Positions 62,182-64,000 of a stretch of DNA of 64,000 bases are shown here, piece by piece. The position numbers and the translations under genes were made by a program. The stretch covers positions 416,001-480,000 of the forward strand of contig CP000066.1 of the NCBI GenBank assembly GCA_000002445.1, written 5' to 3'. The DNA comes from Trypanosoma brucei. Taxonomy: Eukaryota. Below the pieces are notes generated by a model. It was not told where the DNA came from and did not search any database. It worked only from the letters and a program-made list of their open reading frames with translations. Position 1 is the first letter of the stretch, and the number at the start of each line of letters is the position of its first letter.

Positions 62182-63078
62182 CTACAGAAGGAATGGTAAC
62201 ATGGCCTTCTTGTTGCGCACCGATGGATCTGTTTTAATATAGTTCTTGTGTTTCTTCACAGCCCACTCCGCCATTTGTACGAGTCCTGCAAATGTAAAAC
62301 CCCAGGAGGTTAGCATACTCGTACCAAGAGAAAAGGCCACCCAAGAAAGGATCTCAAATAAGTAATTGGGACAAGACACCAGTGAAAAGAGAATTCCTTT
62401 GGGTACCGGCCGCGTCGCGTCACCATCTCCCTTTCGCATCCCACTCAACTGCACATGCACGGCAAAGTTAAGGAGCTCGAATATTACCATCGCCACCGCT
62501 GAGGCATTCACAAGTGTGGGGGACGCGGGTTCCGTGTAGTACGGGCTGCATAGAGCATAGCCAATGCCAAGTGCAAAGGTCCAGTAATACACGCAATTTT
62601 TGATGATGTTGCGCCGCGGCATAGTGGGGTGAGAGAACTTGTGCACAAAGAACGTCTCCAGCTCCCGCTTAATGAAGTGGGCACAGAAGAGAGCAATGTA
62701 AAGCTTCTGCGTGTAGCAGTACTCCTTAACAATGCTGCTGCCGTAAATGAAGGAGGGGCGTGCCGCATACGCCAACATGATTGCCAAAGGACCGGCGTAT
62801 TCCACAACGAATACGGTACGGTATCCCACCTGTGGGCCGAGATCCTTGTAAACAACTTCAGATCCATCCTTTACACCCTGTTCCGTGAGAGCCCGCTTTG
62901 CGTCGAGGGTTATGTACGCCGATTTATCATTCTTGTCGCCACCACTACGAAGGATTTTGAAAGACTTGCGATGAATATCCACTCTTGGTTTGTACACCTT
63001 TTTGAGGTCAGTGAGACCGGCATTTGAGGGTAGTTCAACCACCTCTGAGGATGAGCCTGATATCACGGTAACCTTCAT
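62182..63078 (-). CDS. Very-long-chain enoyl-CoA reductase / 3-oxo-5-alpha-steroid 4-dehydrogenase family (TECR/Tsc13-like) with N-terminal ubiquitin-like domain
   Basis: The N-terminal Ub-like fold is 'MKVTVISGSSSEVVELPSNAGLTDLKKVYK...'. The C-terminal steroid-5-alpha-reductase domain is 'GILFSLVSCPNYLFEILSWVAFSLGTSMLTSWGFTFAGLVQMAEWAVKKHKNYIK'. The track ORF extends to 63246, but those 56 extra codons translate (TA)n or A-rich low-complexity DNA. I place the start at the Met of 'MKVTV', near 63078, with 1-nt uncertainty in my counting. Confidence 0.85.
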   Translation of the reverse strand: MKVTVISGSSSEVVELPSNAGLTDLKKVYKPRVDIHRKSFKILRSGGDKNDKSAYITLDAKRALTEQGVKDGSEVVYKDLGPQVGYRTVFVVEYAGPLAIMLAYAARPSFIYGSSIVKEYCYTQKLYIALFCAHFIKRELETFFVHKFSHPTMPRRNIIKNCVYYWTFALGIGYALCSPYYTEPASPTLVNASAVAMVIFELLNFAVHVQLSGMRKGDGDATRPVPKGILFSLVSCPNYLFEILSWVAFSLGTSMLTSWGFTFAGLVQMAEWAVKKHKNYIKTDPSVRNKKAMLPFLL

Positions 63079-64000
63079 GATTTGGACTTTTGGCAGTTTC
63101 TTTTTTTTGTTGTTGCTTTTGTTGGCGTGAGATAAATTCTGTACAAGATGAACGTAGATGAGTAAACACAAATATATATATGCATATATGCATAGACATA
63201 GCCGTACACGTAAAAAAAAAAACGATAAATTAGAATTCAGTAGCAAACGTTAGGGAGATGCGAATTTAATTAAAATATAATGAAAAGCAGGCTAAACAAC
63301 AACACGAATGAAAAGGTGTTACGAGAAGAGAAGCAACTGAAATGCGCGACTCTTCCATTCACCTTCTCATTCAGGAAGTTAAATAATGTTTTTTTTTCCT
63401 CTTTCTTTCTTTTTTTTGAAGAAGGAAAGAAACGTGCAATATAAATAATCGACCCAACAAATTAAGCAGGTTTTCTAAACTTCTGAAAGGGGTAACGTAA
63501 CGCAACATGAAAAGGTCAGCTTGATGAAATGGGATTGGGGCAAGCTACAAAATATACAAAAAAAAAAAGAAGGGGGAGGAAAAAAAAAACGCCTCAGTAA
63601 ATCAATAAAATTGAAAGAAGTACTGAGGGGCCACCCATTTGGGAGGAAATTCGTATCGACTACCATTGAAGAAAAGATAAGGGAGAAGTATTAAGACAGA
63701 TGAGATAGGGCGAAGTTAATTAATGAGGGGGGAAGAATATTTTAAGTATAAAACAAATTGAAGATATATACATATGTATTTCTGTATACAAAAAAATGTA
63801 GTAACAATCAACAAAAAAACAAAAAGAAAGAAACAAATGAGAAATAAATGAGAAATAAAGTACCAAAGAAACCAAGCGTTCCAGCTGGAACGCCCACCAG
63901 TAACACTGCGCCATAATTAAAATCACTACAAACAACCGTATTCCCATACATGTGAATATATACATCCCTTAGTAAACAATGCGGAGGCGAATCGAAGCTG

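Noticed and set aside
62182-63246. Full-length track ORF for TECR including 56 N-terminal codons
   Set aside because: The extra codons translate (TA)n and A-rich low complexity ('...CLCIYAYIYLCLLIYV...NKKKK'). The ubiquitin-like domain starts at the internal Met, so I trimmed the start to about 63078.
1-64000. CRISPR arrays, prokaryotic defence islands and transposons
   Set aside because: The sequence is eukaryotic (kinetoplastid). Repeats present are simple microsatellites without spacer-repeat periodicity. No ingi/RIME/SLACS/VIPER-like reverse-transcriptase or endonuclease ORFs and no terminal repeat structures were seen.

Overview
This window looks like a nuclear chromosome-internal region of a kinetoplastid, with Trypanosoma brucei-like features. 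Intergenic DNA is AT-rich with (TA)n, (CA)n/(TG)n, (GA)n and homopolymer tracts, and the coding density, long presumed UTRs and lack of introns fit that organism. All 24 protein-coding genes I can support lie on the minus strand, so the window sits inside a single polycistronic transcription unit, with no strand switch and no RNA polymerase start region in view. I found no convincing tRNA, rRNA, snRNA or snoRNA, no CRISPR (none is expected in a eukaryote), and no recognisable retroposon (ingi/RIME/SLACS-like) or VSG sequence.

Genes recognised from motifs:
- a PF09818-like ABC-class ATPase (partial, at the window edge)
- a small Tim (twin Cx3C)
- an SRPK-family kinase
- a large TRAPP-like protein
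- casein kinase 1
- a BRCT-repeat protein
- a WD40 protein with an EF-hand-like tail
- an MPN-domain protein
- a DGAT2 acyltransferase
- a KOW/uL24-like mitoribosomal protein
- a twin Cx9C CHCH protein
- an EF-P-like protein
- MAD2 (HORMA)
- an HscB/Jac1-like J-protein
- an LRR protein
- an LSm protein
- PDH E1 beta
- a large helical protein with an RD-dipeptide tail
- two neighbouring genes with LOTUS/OST-HTH-like modules (one flanked by RGG boxes)
- RMI1
- a TECR/steroid-5-alpha-reductase-family enoyl reductase
- three unassigned conserved ORFs

The remaining ORFs on the track are translations of low-complexity DNA, antisense frames or alternative frames, and I treat them as spurious. I see no prokaryote-style novel system. 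The most unusual items are the prokaryote-type ABC-class ATPase with an RGG/His-rich N-terminus, the adjacent pair of LOTUS-like genes, an EF-P homologue with a presequence, and two low-complexity non-coding stretches longer than 3 kb flanking the CK1 gene.
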